This document shows, piece by piece, positions 9,620 to 9,935 of a stretch of 9,935 nt of DNA (position 1 is its first letter; each line of letters begins with the position of its first letter). Source of the DNA: Diplonema japonicum (Eukaryota > Protista > Euglenozoa: Diplonemea); the NCBI GenBank assembly GCA_964019335.1, contig OZ025771.1, positions 1 through 9,935 on the forward strand, in the 5' to 3' direction. The notes beneath the pieces were generated by a model, which had not been told where the DNA came from, did not search any database, and saw only the letters and a program-made list of their open reading frames with translations. The translations under genes were made by a program, and so were the position numbers.

Positions 9620-9935
9620 ATACTACTGATATCATACTATCTGTATTGGGGATACATCCTCTGTGTGTCTGCCCATACTTAGGATAGTACTGCTTAGAGG
9701 TATTCATGCTTAGTTAGTATCCTTACCAGCATGTTCTCCTCATTATGAGGTACATGGTTGGTAGAGTATACCGCCACCATCCTCATGAGATGGTATGGCT
9801 AGAGAGCACACCACATCCTTGGGATGCATTGGTGTGTGTACTCCTAGGATATGACATGCCTGTACTCTCTGTACTACTGATAGTACTACATGCATTACCT
9901 GTGCTAGCTAGGAATGGTATGAGTACTTACCACTG

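Larger units (their letters stand above)
5447..9935 (+). repeat. Second, partial head-to-tail copy of the unit (equals 1-4489)
   Basis: Offset is constant at 5446 to the last base. Private micro-variants of individual sub-repeats (extra TG in array copy 2, GGTATTCCAC in copy 3) are reproduced. Confidence 0.97.

Noticed and set aside
1-9935. tRNA, rRNA, transposase or plasmid/viral Rep genes
   Set aside because: No cloverleaf, conserved rRNA motif or suitable ORF recognised. Highly divergent rRNA pieces could be missed by eye.

Overview
The window is about 1.8 turns of a 5,446-bp unit: 1-4489 recurs at 5447-9935, apparently identically. The unit is almost entirely repetitive and non-coding. 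It carries one small unique island (4939-5119) encoding a ~42-codon internal fragment of cytochrome c oxidase subunit 1 (MHAMLMIFFFIMPGVMSGLGNLLVPIHLCVPEMVFPKVNNLG), which the supplied ORF track missed. No other part of cox1 is recognisable. One short gene piece in a unique cassette on a 5-7 kb circle of constant repetitive DNA is the established architecture of diplonemid (Euglenozoa) mitochondrial chromosomes, whose gene modules are transcribed separately and trans-spliced. The best reading is a diplonemid-type mitochondrial minichromosome carrying what is probably cox1 module 2, read past its circular junction or present as a head-to-tail multimer. The species cannot be assigned from sequence alone. 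The constant region holds a ~90-bp hairpin-forming repeat family ending in (CG)8 palindromes, a G-rich tract, a ~778-bp tandem array and nested direct repeats bracketing the cassette. The listed ORFs look spurious.
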